A stretch of DNA of 64,000 bases from Trueperaceae bacterium (GCA_965213705.1 OZ243913.1:3040001-3104000), one strand, 5' to 3'; shown: positions 36,301 to 44,401, counted from the first letter of the stretch. Notes: generated by a model not told the origin, from the sequence alone. Numbers and translations are program-made.

Positions 36301-38383
36301 GCGCCAGGATGACCGCCCCGACACGCTCGCGGGCCACCATGTTCGTCGCCGGACCGCTCTCACTCGCTTCGGCACCATATTCAACACCGAGCGGTTCGGC
36401 GCGGGTGTACAGCTCGAGCGCGTCTTCGCTCCCCAGCAACACTTCGGGCTCGGGCGTAAGACCTACCAGGCTGCTGTGGTCTTTGCCGAGACCCAAAAGA
36501 CCCTCGTGCAACACGGTAAAGCTCACCTGGCCGACCGCCGCCCCCGGCAGTTCGAACACGAGCGCGTCGTCCACGCCCTGCGGGTCGGCTGCCACTCGGC
36601 CGTTGACCGTCGCGCTGCCCGCGACGTAGCTGGCCCCCGCCGGCAACCGCTCGACTAACACCAGGCCGTCCAGCACCGGCAGGTCGTAGGCGGCGACGTC
36701 GACCACCACGGTCGTCGTCTGGTGGGGTTGGGGCAGTTCGGGCAGGGTTTCGACTTTGAACTGCAACAAGCCACTCGAGCCCGCCGGGACACCCTCAAAA
36801 CCTACTGAGTCGCAGTAGGGCGTGACCTCGAGCAAGCCCGTCCCCTCGACCACGCCCCGCACGGTGAGGTTGGCGGTGGCGCTGGCGGCTGCGGGGAGGG
36901 TCAGCGTCCGGGGCGCGTCGACCACCTCCGAACGGCCGCTCCCCTGTACGCCCAAACCGACGGTGACAGGTACGTGGAGCGGGTTGGTGACGGTAAAGTG
37001 AAGCGTCGTTTCCTCGCCTACATAAACCGGGCCGGCTGGGGGCGTCACCTTGGTCGTAAAGTCGGCGCGCATCACGGTGTCCTCGGCGACTCGCTCGAGT
37101 CCCGTTCCGTCCAACACCCCGCGCAAGGTCACCAGGGGCGGCGCGGCGGGCGTGAGGGTGACGGTATAAGAAACCGCGGTCGTCGCCCCCGGCTCCAAAC
37201 TTCCTTGCCACACCAGGTCGTTGCCCGAAACTGTAGCGCCCTCTTGCGCGACGAGTTGCAAGCCCTCGGGCAGCGCTTCGCGCAGCAGGTAGTCCCCGGC
37301 CGCCGCGCCGCCGTTCGTGACGCTCAAGGTGACCGTCAGGGTCTGACAAGGCGCCAGCAGTTCAGAACTCAGGGCACGTGTGAACCCGAGTTTGGGTTGC
37401 GGCGAGACCGAGACCTCAACCTGTGGCAGCTCGACGGGGCGTTTGGGCGTCACGGCGGCGCTTGGAACTGGCAGCGGCAGCGGGCGTTTGGGCGTCACCG
37501 TCACTTCCAGCGTTGGTAACTCGACGGGTTTGAGCGGCGCGACGAGTTGCGCGGCGGGCGTCAGGGTGACGCGCTGCGCCGCGCCGCCGCAGCGCACGAC
37601 GAAGCGCACCGCGTTCGTTTTTTGATACCGCCCCGTGGGCAGCGCGAGTTGCACCGTGTACAGGCCGGGCAAGCGGGGCAGCGCCTGGCTGACCGAAGCG
37701 CGGTCGCCGGACACCGCGAGTTGCAAGGTCACGGGTTGCAGGGTTACGGGTTGCAGGGTTACAGGTTGAAGGGTGCCCGAGGGCAGGCGCAGGCGGGCCG
37801 ACAGTTCGCCACGTCCGTCGCCGTCGTACAGCTCGAGCGCGCAAGCCCGGTGGCCTGCAATGTCGAAACTGAACGCGTCCGTCCAGGCTTCGCTGCTCAC
37901 GTTCACGGTAACGCTTTCGGCTTGCAAAGTCACGTCCGCCAGTTCGGTCTCGAGCTTGAGCAAGTAGACGTTTTTGCCGTTGCCGGCGACCTCGCTCCGC
38001 AAGGTGTAGCTTCCGGCCGCGGCCGGGCCCTCGAAAAAGGTCAGCCACCTAGAAGCGCCCAGACTGAAGCGCTCGCTCCTCAGCGTCGCGACGGTGGCAG
38101 ACCCGCCCCTGGACAGGGTAAAAGCGGCCTCGAGCGGGGCGGCGTCATAATGTTCGTCGCCGGGCTCGTCGAGGTCGATGTTGGGAGAGTAGACCGAGAG
38201 CTTGACCCAGGAGCTTTGCGGTAGGTCGAACACGACTTCGTCGCCGTCGGGTGCCCAGCGTAAAACCGTGCCCGCCGTCACCAGCGGCAGGTGAGTTCCG
38301 GCAGCCTGCGGCGCGTTTTGCGCCCACGCAAACGTGCCGAACAAGCTCAGCAGAAACAGGTACTTCAAGACAAGGTGCTTCAT
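33362..38383 (-). CDS. Large (about 1673 aa) exported protein with Ig/DUF11-like domains and a C-terminal beta-barrel-like region
   Basis: Start MKHLVLK (ATG 38383, ATGA overlap) plus signal peptide; LREALPEG and VERLPAGASYVAGS DUF11-like units; about 780 aa of alternating Gly/Tyr amphipathic strands. Confidence 0.8.
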   Translation of the reverse strand: MKHLVLKYLFLLSLFGTFAWAQNAPQAAGTHLPLVTAGTVLRWAPDGDEVVFDLPQSSWVKLSVYSPNIDLDEPGDEHYDAAPLEAAFTLSRGGSATVATLRSERFSLGASRWLTFFEGPAAAGSYTLRSEVAGNGKNVYLLKLETELADVTLQAESVTVNVSSEAWTDAFSFDIAGHRACALELYDGDGRGELSARLRLPSGTLQPVTLQPVTLQPVTLQLAVSGDRASVSQALPRLPGLYTVQLALPTGRYQKTNAVRFVVRCGGAAQRVTLTPAAQLVAPLKPVELPTLEVTVTPKRPLPLPVPSAAVTPKRPVELPQVEVSVSPQPKLGFTRALSSELLAPCQTLTVTLSVTNGGAAAGDYLLREALPEGLQLVAQEGATVSGNDLVWQGSLEPGATTAVSYTVTLTPAAPPLVTLRGVLDGTGLERVAEDTVMRADFTTKVTPPAGPVYVGEETTLHFTVTNPLHVPVTVGLGVQGSGRSEVVDAPRTLTLPAAASATANLTVRGVVEGTGLLEVTPYCDSVGFEGVPAGSSGLLQFKVETLPELPQPHQTTTVVVDVAAYDLPVLDGLVLVERLPAGASYVAGSATVNGRVAADPQGVDDALVFELPGAAVGQVSFTVLHEGLLGLGKDHSSLVGLTPEPEVLLGSEDALELYTRAEPLGVEYGAEASESGPATNMVARERVGAVILAPAPGLVLRERDRVTVSTDTPLNSEVTLTVNGEPVAADTVGQRVFDPNLNRQTYDFVGVPLQPGPNEVRLESALDGEVVSDSVTVYFSGPAAGFTLTPLTPLVADSATPLALDLVVTDAWGNATLDGFVTLEVEGAGLASADASEEVGFQLRSKAGHARLKLAPLAEPTEVVLRVLVGETFQSQTVKVTSNLRPWLVSGTGSVGAAYGEGFEFGVGGSFFARGRVLGDYLLTLAARYPFADLGPADSNPYQAFPVPGSSGAASYGAESRQGVYARLERDESYLQYGDFTTPLSGFLDLGRFYTGLSGVYVGAHEGVDFGVRAYAAFNGVTDMRVVDLKSDGTSLRFVPDAPIEPNTLRVEVVKKDGLGVSVPEDDLDPVTRVLVPLKDFRINEETGLLELFKPVPLVDARGDVYYLRLSYTLAAGNAARYLQAGAQAEVGLGGAKFRLGVAQETSSDLSYNRVVAGGASYEGSGVRADAEVAYGVSESSGGVAVTTRLLYSADALNAEAGWRFVSAGYRSPTALGAAGHTLEAAASYAFSSAFSVAARTSLSATAGNTDLSADALGLYRGEGFDLQFGANLEGGLLRPLVGGNLYDLFGWQGSRLGVVHRQGLGADARSVTQFSAAFPLLEFLSLTLSDELVWGDSNALLLGLEATLQHDRVRASLCRTLNCADPSRALGNLSGGSTTVTAQYELPGGVSAAAGRVRLGLDTTLPLSETLSLQFGAEYRRGLSSADGVQGGAQTDTQVAVRAGANYDTDTVDAALRYEVSWNPAASKHVVVGGSTFALSDRLYGSVTGTYLYDSAQGSGASFGVAGAYRGKRLALLTNNEAQFGALSRGGGTGRGSIGQGDSVWGDSRATWTLGERYDLRFGYAYRYLVGENYLDLVNVGGGFYAWQGGNVLVQARLFNDWTVQERAFGVGLEVSQRLGCGVYGVAGYNLGGLDRDYGAVYGGSGVFVRLDAVFDEQWTCGRAAPTGGGN

Positions 38384-39684
38384 CGGCGCACGTCCCAACT
38401 TAGTGTGGGCGCGGTGAGCAGCTTTTCGGGCGCGCCTGCAAACGCGACCCGGTAGCTGAGGGTGCGCGCGTAGCCCGCCGGAACGTCGCCGAGGGAGAGT
38501 TCGAGCCCCGCACCCGCCGGGGGTGTGCCGTCCGCGAACACCGGAGCCTCTAGCAAAATCGCTCCGGCGACAAGCGTCTCGCGCACGACCACGCCGCGCA
38601 GGGGTGCGCTCGAGCCGACCTGCAAGGTGACTAAAAATCCACCGGGTACGGGCTCGAGGCTTTTTTCGACCGCGAGCGGCCCCATCGCCACGTTCAACCT
38701 CTGCCGCACCGACAGCTCCGTCCGGGGCGGTTTGAAAGGAATGTCTCGCCGCGTGACGACGCCCGGCAGCAAGCGCACGCGCCACAGCCCCGCCTTGTCC
38801 TCGCCGACGCTCACCCCGAACAGCCGCGCGGGCGTGGTGCTGGTGTCGACCCGTAAGGCGGCCAGCGACGGCTCTACGTTTTGAAAGGTGTAACGCCCGA
38901 GTTCGTCGGTCACGGTTTCGCTGCCGTCGGACAGGTAAAGCCGCAAGTTGGGCACCGGGACGTCGTCAGCATCGTACAGGCCGTTCGCGTCCCGGTCGAC
39001 AAAGGCCGTACCGAGCAGCGCCGCGCGCTGCTCGAACAAACCCAGCTCGACGGGCGTCGTTGCCGTGTCCGCCGCGCCCGCCAGCACCAGGCCCGCACCG
39101 TCTTCGGCCAGGGCCTCGGCCCGGTTGACGAGGTCGGTCGCAAACAGGGCGGTAGGCAGCACGACGGCCTGAAAGGTGACCGTCACGACGTCGTTAGGAG
39201 CCAGGTCTACAAGCGTCCAGCGCAAGGTCGAACCGTCGACCTCGGCTTCCGCAGCGACGGTTGCGCCGTCCGGGCGCAGCACCCGGGCGCTGCCCGGAAC
39301 GTAGCGCAGCGCTGCGGGCAAGGTGTCGACGAGTTGTAACTTGCCGATGGACACGCTCTCGGGGTCGTTGGTGACCTGTAACTCGTAAGTCAGGGTGTCA
39401 CCGACGTTGACACGGCTCGGCACGGCGGTTTTTTGCAGGTCGATGAGGACGGGTTGAAAAGTCGTTACGACCTCGGGCGACAGGTCTTCGCGCTCGTCGC
39501 CGTTCCGCAGGTAGGTCGCGCGCGCCTGGTTGACGATTTTGTTGCCCGTCGGCTCAGCCGTTTGGTTGAAACCGGGCAGTGCGGGCGGGCGGGTCTCCGC
39601 GTCCTGGGCCGCCGCAAGGGTCAAGCCGGCCGACAGCAGGACGGGTAGCAGCGCGAGCAAGCTGCGGGAGACGACGGTGTACAT
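38380..39684 (-). CDS. Secreted DUF11 + SdrD-B-like protein (putative base/adaptor)
   Basis: Signal peptide; IVNQARATY donor-like segment; full DUF11 (LQKT...DTLP...LVNRA); GTAFVDRDANG...TDELGRYTF. Confidence 0.8.
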   Translation of the reverse strand: MYTVVSRSLLALLPVLLSAGLTLAAAQDAETRPPALPGFNQTAEPTGNKIVNQARATYLRNGDEREDLSPEVVTTFQPVLIDLQKTAVPSRVNVGDTLTYELQVTNDPESVSIGKLQLVDTLPAALRYVPGSARVLRPDGATVAAEAEVDGSTLRWTLVDLAPNDVVTVTFQAVVLPTALFATDLVNRAEALAEDGAGLVLAGAADTATTPVELGLFEQRAALLGTAFVDRDANGLYDADDVPVPNLRLYLSDGSETVTDELGRYTFQNVEPSLAALRVDTSTTPARLFGVSVGEDKAGLWRVRLLPGVVTRRDIPFKPPRTELSVRQRLNVAMGPLAVEKSLEPVPGGFLVTLQVGSSAPLRGVVVRETLVAGAILLEAPVFADGTPPAGAGLELSLGDVPAGYARTLSYRVAFAGAPEKLLTAPTLSWDVRR

Positions 39685-39784
39685 GCTGTTACCTTTCTCC
39701 TTCCGGGGCAAACGAATCCGGCAAACAAAGCCTCAAATAGGTGGGTTGAGCGGGTAGTCCAATAGGGGTCACAAGCAAGATAGC

Positions 39785-39811
39785 GGCTCCGTCCCTGACA
39801 GGGACGGAGCC
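39785..39811 (-). terminator. Strong hairpin after the major DUF11 gene (terminator or mRNA stabiliser)
   Basis: Inverted repeat GGCTCCGTCCCTG-A-CAGGGACGGAGCC; only a weak T-tract. Confidence 0.65.
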
Positions 39812-39821
39812 AAAGGCGTCG

Positions 39822-42605
39822 TTATTGCACTCGAACGACGAACACGAGGGTGATGGACTGGCCGGGCGTGAGCACGTCGGCGGTGGTGATGGTTCCGTCT
39901 TTGGTGGCCGGTGCCGTGTCCACACCGACGTAGATGCTCTGCCCGACGGTCAAGCTGGGCGCTGTAGAGGTCCAGGTCGAACCGTTCACCGAGTACAGCA
40001 CGGTACCGCCGGTCGCAGTCGTGGTCGCCGCGGCGGAGGTAAAGGTCGTGTAGCTCGGCAGCGGGTCGGACACCTTGACGTTGGTCAGGTTGCCCGAGCC
40101 GATGTTGGTGGCGACAACGGTGTACTCCAAATAGTCGCCGGGTTTGGCGGTCGCGCCGGAGGCGTCGAGCACTGCGCTAGCAGGACTGCACGTCGCGCTC
40201 GAGCAGGTCCGCACCGTCTTGACGAGCCTGAGTTCGCCCGACCTTACGAGGGTCCTGTCTTGCACGCTGGCCGTGGCCGTCGTGCCGCCCGGATAGGTTG
40301 CCGTCGCGGTCACGGTGACCGTCTCCTCAGCGCCGTCCGCTGCGCTGCCGGGCACGATGACGCGGACGTAAACCGTCCGGGACGCGCCCGCCGCAACGGT
40401 CACGCCGCTCAGCGACGAACTGAAGGTGTTGCCGTCAAGGGAGTACTGGTAGGTGAAAGCCTTGCCCGTCTGTTCCGGGATAGCCACGGTCGCGCTGGCG
40501 TTGCCGTTGTTGGTCAGGGTGTGGGTGTAGGTCACGACGCCGTTGGGCGAGGTGGTGGCGGTCTGGTTGGTGACAAAGGTGAGGGCGGTAACCGTGGTGA
40601 CCGTGACCGTCGTGGTGACGGAGTCAGTTCCGGTGCCGACCGGGTCGGTGGTGCTGGTAGCGGTAAAGGTGAGAGGGTTGTCGCCGGGTACAGCGCTGGC
40701 CGGAACGGTGACCTGGACGACGTAACAGGCTTTGGCACCGACGGCGAGCTGAGGCGTTTGGCTTACCGTGGGGCCGTTCGGGGCACCGGTGGCGCAGTCC
40801 GCTTGCACGAACACCGCGCTCCAACCCGCGGGCAGGTTCGGCACCGTGAGGTTGTAGCTGTCGGCCTGTTTGCCGTCGTTCAACACTTCGACCGGATAAG
40901 AAAGCGTCGTGCCGGGGGTGGTGCTCTGGTTGTCCGGGTTGTCGTTGGCATCGTTACGCGGGGATTCGCCACTAAACCCGCGCGTGGCGAGGTCGACGCT
41001 GTAGCCCTTGACGGGCGTGGGGACAACGTCTTTGGTGGCGTCGGTCGCCCCGCTCGAGGTCGAGGTGGCGGTCAGGGTGACGGTGGTACCCGCCGTGGCG
41101 CCGACCGGAACGGCGACCTTGACGACCACGTCTTGCGAAGCGCCCGGCGCGAGCGGCCCCAAGGTGCCGGACAGCGGGGTGACGCCGTCGGCCGCGTAAA
41201 GCGTCACGCTGTAGCCGTTGGCGCTGCTCGTGGTGGACAAGGTATAAGAACTGGTCGCGTTGCCGTTGTTGAGCACCGTGTGTCTGAAGGCCACGGTGTC
41301 GCCGGTATAGACGGGAACGGTGCTGGGGGCGGTAGCCGTCAGGGTTTGGGTGTCGGTATAGGGTGCGGCGGCGGTGTAACCGCCCGACAGGGTGACGGTC
41401 CAGGTTTTGCCCGTTGCCGGGTCGGTGTAAGTCGCGTTGCCCGACAGGGTGGGGTCGGCCGCTTTACCCGCAGGGCCGACGGCCACCCTGGCGTTTGCGT
41501 TGACCGTCACGCTGGTGGTGTTGGTGGGGGTCGTTTTGTTGGTGGCGGAGGTGGTGCCGGTAGCATAGGTGACGTTGGCGGTGTTGGTCACGGTCGTGTT
41601 GGCCGCCGCACCGGCAGCCACCGTGACGCTGAAGGTCATCGAGTAGTTCGTGCCTTGCGTAAAGAAAGCGCTTTTGGTGGGCGAGGTGGGATCGCGAATC
41701 ACGATACCGACGGCGTTGACGGTGCCCGTGGTGGGTACCGTGGTCGACCAAGTGGTGCCGTTGTTGGTCGAGTAAATAGGCTCAACCGCACCCTTGCCGG
41801 AGGTGCCGGACAGGCTGCCTGCAGTGAAGGTCTGGTTGGTGTTCAACACGTCGGTGACGATGATACCGACGCCCGTGAGACCGTAGCTCGAGAGGTCGAC
41901 GCCGTAAGCCGCCGAGCCGCCGTTGTTCGAACCCGCAACGGTGTAAGTAACGGTACCGCCCGCGGCGACCGTGCTCGTCGGGTTGGCCGTTTTGGTGGCG
42001 GTCAGGTTGCCCGCCGTGTTGACGACGGCCCTGGCCCAGTTGTTGGTGTCGGTGACGGCCGTGTTGCCGGCCGAGGTGCCGGTGATGTTTAGAAGCGCGT
42101 TTTGGTTGTTGGTGGCGGTGCCGGGCAAGGTACCCGCGACAATCAAACAGACTGAGGCATCTGCATTGAGGGTAACGCTTGTTACAACCGGGTCGCCCGC
42201 GACGCTGCCGTCACAACCCGCGTCCCGGTAGATGGTCACGCTGCTCAGGTCGAAATTGTCGGTCGTCGGCTGCACGTTTGCCAGGTTGAAGGTATCACTG
42301 CCGTTGCCGGTGTTGGTCAAAATATAGTTGAAATACACAGGTGCACCCGGCAGCGCGCTTTTGGTTTGGCCCGGCGCGGCTTCGGTGCCGTCGGGCGTGA
42401 TGGTGAGGCTGTAGACTTGCTGCACGATGGTAGTGACCGGGTTAGAGAACGTCGTCTTGGGCGTGCCCCCCGAGACGTAAGTCGCCGAGGCGGTGTTGGT
42501 TATCGGCGTGTCCTTGGGCGTGCCGGCGGCGAAAGCCAAACCGAACACGCTCAAAAAGAGGCCGAACAACGCGGTTCGGCTCGAGCGGTTGAAAGACGGG
42601 GTCAA
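39822..42605 (-). CDS. Thr-rich secreted multi-Ig DUF11 protein, about 927 aa (putative major filament subunit)
   Basis: GGAGG then TTG at 42605 (alternative ATG 42626); signal peptide ending AFA; AGTP..ITNTASATY; four Ig repeats with N-x-G-N-like motifs; one complete DUF11; C-terminal truncated DUF11 ending LVFVVRVQ. Confidence 0.85.
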   Translation of the reverse strand: MTPSFNRSSRTALFGLFLSVFGLAFAAGTPKDTPITNTASATYVSGGTPKTTFSNPVTTIVQQVYSLTITPDGTEAAPGQTKSALPGAPVYFNYILTNTGNGSDTFNLANVQPTTDNFDLSSVTIYRDAGCDGSVAGDPVVTSVTLNADASVCLIVAGTLPGTATNNQNALLNITGTSAGNTAVTDTNNWARAVVNTAGNLTATKTANPTSTVAAGGTVTYTVAGSNNGGSAAYGVDLSSYGLTGVGIIVTDVLNTNQTFTAGSLSGTSGKGAVEPIYSTNNGTTWSTTVPTTGTVNAVGIVIRDPTSPTKSAFFTQGTNYSMTFSVTVAAGAAANTTVTNTANVTYATGTTSATNKTTPTNTTSVTVNANARVAVGPAGKAADPTLSGNATYTDPATGKTWTVTLSGGYTAAAPYTDTQTLTATAPSTVPVYTGDTVAFRHTVLNNGNATSSYTLSTTSSANGYSVTLYAADGVTPLSGTLGPLAPGASQDVVVKVAVPVGATAGTTVTLTATSTSSGATDATKDVVPTPVKGYSVDLATRGFSGESPRNDANDNPDNQSTTPGTTLSYPVEVLNDGKQADSYNLTVPNLPAGWSAVFVQADCATGAPNGPTVSQTPQLAVGAKACYVVQVTVPASAVPGDNPLTFTATSTTDPVGTGTDSVTTTVTVTTVTALTFVTNQTATTSPNGVVTYTHTLTNNGNASATVAIPEQTGKAFTYQYSLDGNTFSSSLSGVTVAAGASRTVYVRVIVPGSAADGAEETVTVTATATYPGGTTATASVQDRTLVRSGELRLVKTVRTCSSATCSPASAVLDASGATAKPGDYLEYTVVATNIGSGNLTNVKVSDPLPSYTTFTSAAATTTATGGTVLYSVNGSTWTSTAPSLTVGQSIYVGVDTAPATKDGTITTADVLTPGQSITLVFVVRVQ

Positions 42606-42628
42606 AGTGTTACCTCCAAAAGACATCG

Positions 42629-43216
42629 TTAAAGAACCTCGACGCGGTAGACGAGGTTGTGTTGGGCGCCGGGCGGCAGCGCTTCTTGCAGGGTCCAGCG
42701 AACGCCTGTGTACTGGTCCGGGTTGGCGACGACTCGCTTCTGTTCGCCCGCTTCGTTGGTGACGGTCATCATGACGGGCGCGGCCATAAAGACGGGCGAG
42801 CCGTCGGCGGCAAGCTCGGCCGAAAACTCGGTCGTGACCAGGTCGCCGCCGCTCGCCGTGTCGGCCAAGTAGGCGGTGGTCGCAGGCACCGGCCCCGCCA
42901 CCACGACGGCGCCGGCCGGTAAGGTTTCGGCGCCGTCGTTGCGGACCAGAACCCGGTATTCGACCACTTGGCCGGGCCTGGCCTCGGCGGCGGCGGTGAA
43001 CGTCTCGGTCACGGTGCCGTCGTCCTGGGTAACGGTCGTTACTATGAACGCTTCCAACGTCACGGTGACCGGCTCGGCTTGGGCGGCGGCCCAGCCCGTC
43101 GCGGCCCAAGCCACTACCAGGGCGAACAAAAAGACCCACGTCGAACGCCCGACCCTGGAACTACTGACCCTGGAACCATCGACCCTAGAAATATCGACCC
43201 TGTGACTCTCGACCAT
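42629..43216 (-). CDS. Small secreted single-domain DUF11-like protein
   Basis: GAGGAGG RBS; signal peptide; ARPGQVVEYRVLVRN...GPVP...VRWTL...LVYRVEVL-stop. Confidence 0.8.
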   Translation of the reverse strand: MVESHRVDISRVDGSRVSSSRVGRSTWVFLFALVVAWAATGWAAAQAEPVTVTLEAFIVTTVTQDDGTVTETFTAAAEARPGQVVEYRVLVRNDGAETLPAGAVVVAGPVPATTAYLADTASGGDLVTTEFSAELAADGSPVFMAAPVMMTVTNEAGEQKRVVANPDQYTGVRWTLQEALPPGAQHNLVYRVEVL

Positions 43217-43220
43217 AGAA
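43146..43220. repeat. 15-bp tandem repeat, 5 copies, over the start codon and N-terminus
   Basis: Units ending gaccctggaa / gaccctagaa; encodes SHRVD-ISRVD-GSRVS-SSRVG. Confidence 0.8.
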
Positions 43221-43397
43221 TGACCCTCCTCGAGGAATTACCCCGCACCTAGAAGCGCTCGGCCTTAGTCAGTGGGGGTTCTCGAACACGTCATCATGGC
43301 GTTTGGGGCTGCCAAAGCCTGTTAAATTTTCTGTTTTTTGGTGAAGCTGTCGTGTTTTTTACAAGTAGTTTGTGCGCGTGGCTTTTACCTTTACAGC

Positions 43398-43430
43398 AGC
43401 ACGTCGCTAGCACGTCGCTAGCACGTCGCT
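43398..43430. repeat. Perfect 11-bp tandem repeat x3
   Basis: AGCACGTCGCT x3. Confidence 0.9.
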
Positions 43431-44401
43431 TAGGCTAGCCGCGCTTTGAGCGTCTGGGCGCGCCCGGTTCGGAGCGCCCGGTTCGCCGCCAGCGTCACCC
43501 GAAAAGTTTGCAGGGCGTCCTCGTACGGGGACCTGATAAGGCTTGCGTCGCCCGTCTCGAGCGCGCGCACAAACGCCTCGACTTGCTCCGGGTAGCCGCT
43601 GCGCGGCTCGTGCTCGTCGACACGTTCGCCGTCCACCACGCCTTTTATCGTGAAAACGTCGTAGACGAGTTCTAAGTGCAAGTCGCGCGCCACCAAGGTC
43701 AGCGCCCAGTAAAAGTTCCACACCGCCGCCGACGACACCACCGAGCCGACCGCGCCCGAGCCGAAGTCCAGGTTCACAAGGGTCGTGTCCGGATAGTCCA
43801 CCCGGTCGGGGACGTGACCGCTGCTGGCTTTGGCCGACACCCGCGTCACGTCGCCGACCAAGTAGCGAGCTACGTCGACGATGTGGGTGCTCTGCTCGAC
43901 GATTTGACCGCCCGAGAGGTCCCCACGCCCCACCCAACCCCCCGGCGTCGCCCCGATGACTTGCCCCAGCACGAGCGCGGGGCGGCGCGCGCCCAACAGT
44001 TCTTTCGCCCGCTCGGTAATCCCGCTGTAGCGAAACATGTAACCGACGCTGCACAAGACGCCCGCCGCCCGAATCGCCGCGGCCGAGCGCTCGGCCGTGC
44101 CCAAATCCAGCGCCAGCGGTTTGGTCGTGAAAATGTGGAGCCCGCGCGCGGCGGCCTGCACGAGTTCGTCACCGCGCGCGAACGGCGGCAAACAGACGAA
44201 CACGGCGTTTAAGTCGGCCGTTTCGTACAGTTCTTGGTAGCTCTGCAAGGCCCTGGCCCCGCGCCAATTCGCCAGCGCTTCGGCCCTGGCGAGGTCCAGG
44301 TCGCAAAACGCCGTGACCCGCACGCGCTCGCCCAGTTCGTCCAGGCGAGCCAGGTACTCGTGCGCTATCCCGCCGCAGCCGACAAAGCCAATCCGTATCA
44401 C
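43430..44401 (-). CDS. Gfo/Idh/MocA family oxidoreductase
   Basis: IGFVGCGGIA, TKPLA, SGGQIVEQSTHIVD. Confidence 0.92.
   Translation of the reverse strand: MIRIGFVGCGGIAHEYLARLDELGERVRVTAFCDLDLARAEALANWRGARALQSYQELYETADLNAVFVCLPPFARGDELVQAAARGLHIFTTKPLALDLGTAERSAAAIRAAGVLCSVGYMFRYSGITERAKELLGARRPALVLGQVIGATPGGWVGRGDLSGGQIVEQSTHIVDVARYLVGDVTRVSAKASSGHVPDRVDYPDTTLVNLDFGSGAVGSVVSSAAVWNFYWALTLVARDLHLELVYDVFTIKGVVDGERVDEHEPRSGYPEQVEAFVRALETGDASLIRSPYEDALQTFRVTLAANRALRTGRAQTLKARLA

Noticed and set aside
38384..38785. N-terminal extensions in the ORF track (to 38785, 43139, 30586, 10520, 47476)
   Set aside because: They overlap neighbouring genes or repeats; downstream starts with RBS, -10 box or signal peptide fit better.
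39825..42092. 755-aa plus-strand Gly/Arg-rich ORF and similar long ORFs (8241-9599, 23346-24536, 32472-33746, 59434-60693)
   Set aside because: Antisense or off-frame shadows of well-supported genes in high-GC DNA; no motifs.
31493..43216. DUF11 operon as a classical chaperone-usher, type IV, sortase or type V pilus
   Set aside because: No PapD/PapC motifs, prepilin cleavage site, LPxTG or sortase, or lipobox-type pilins seen.
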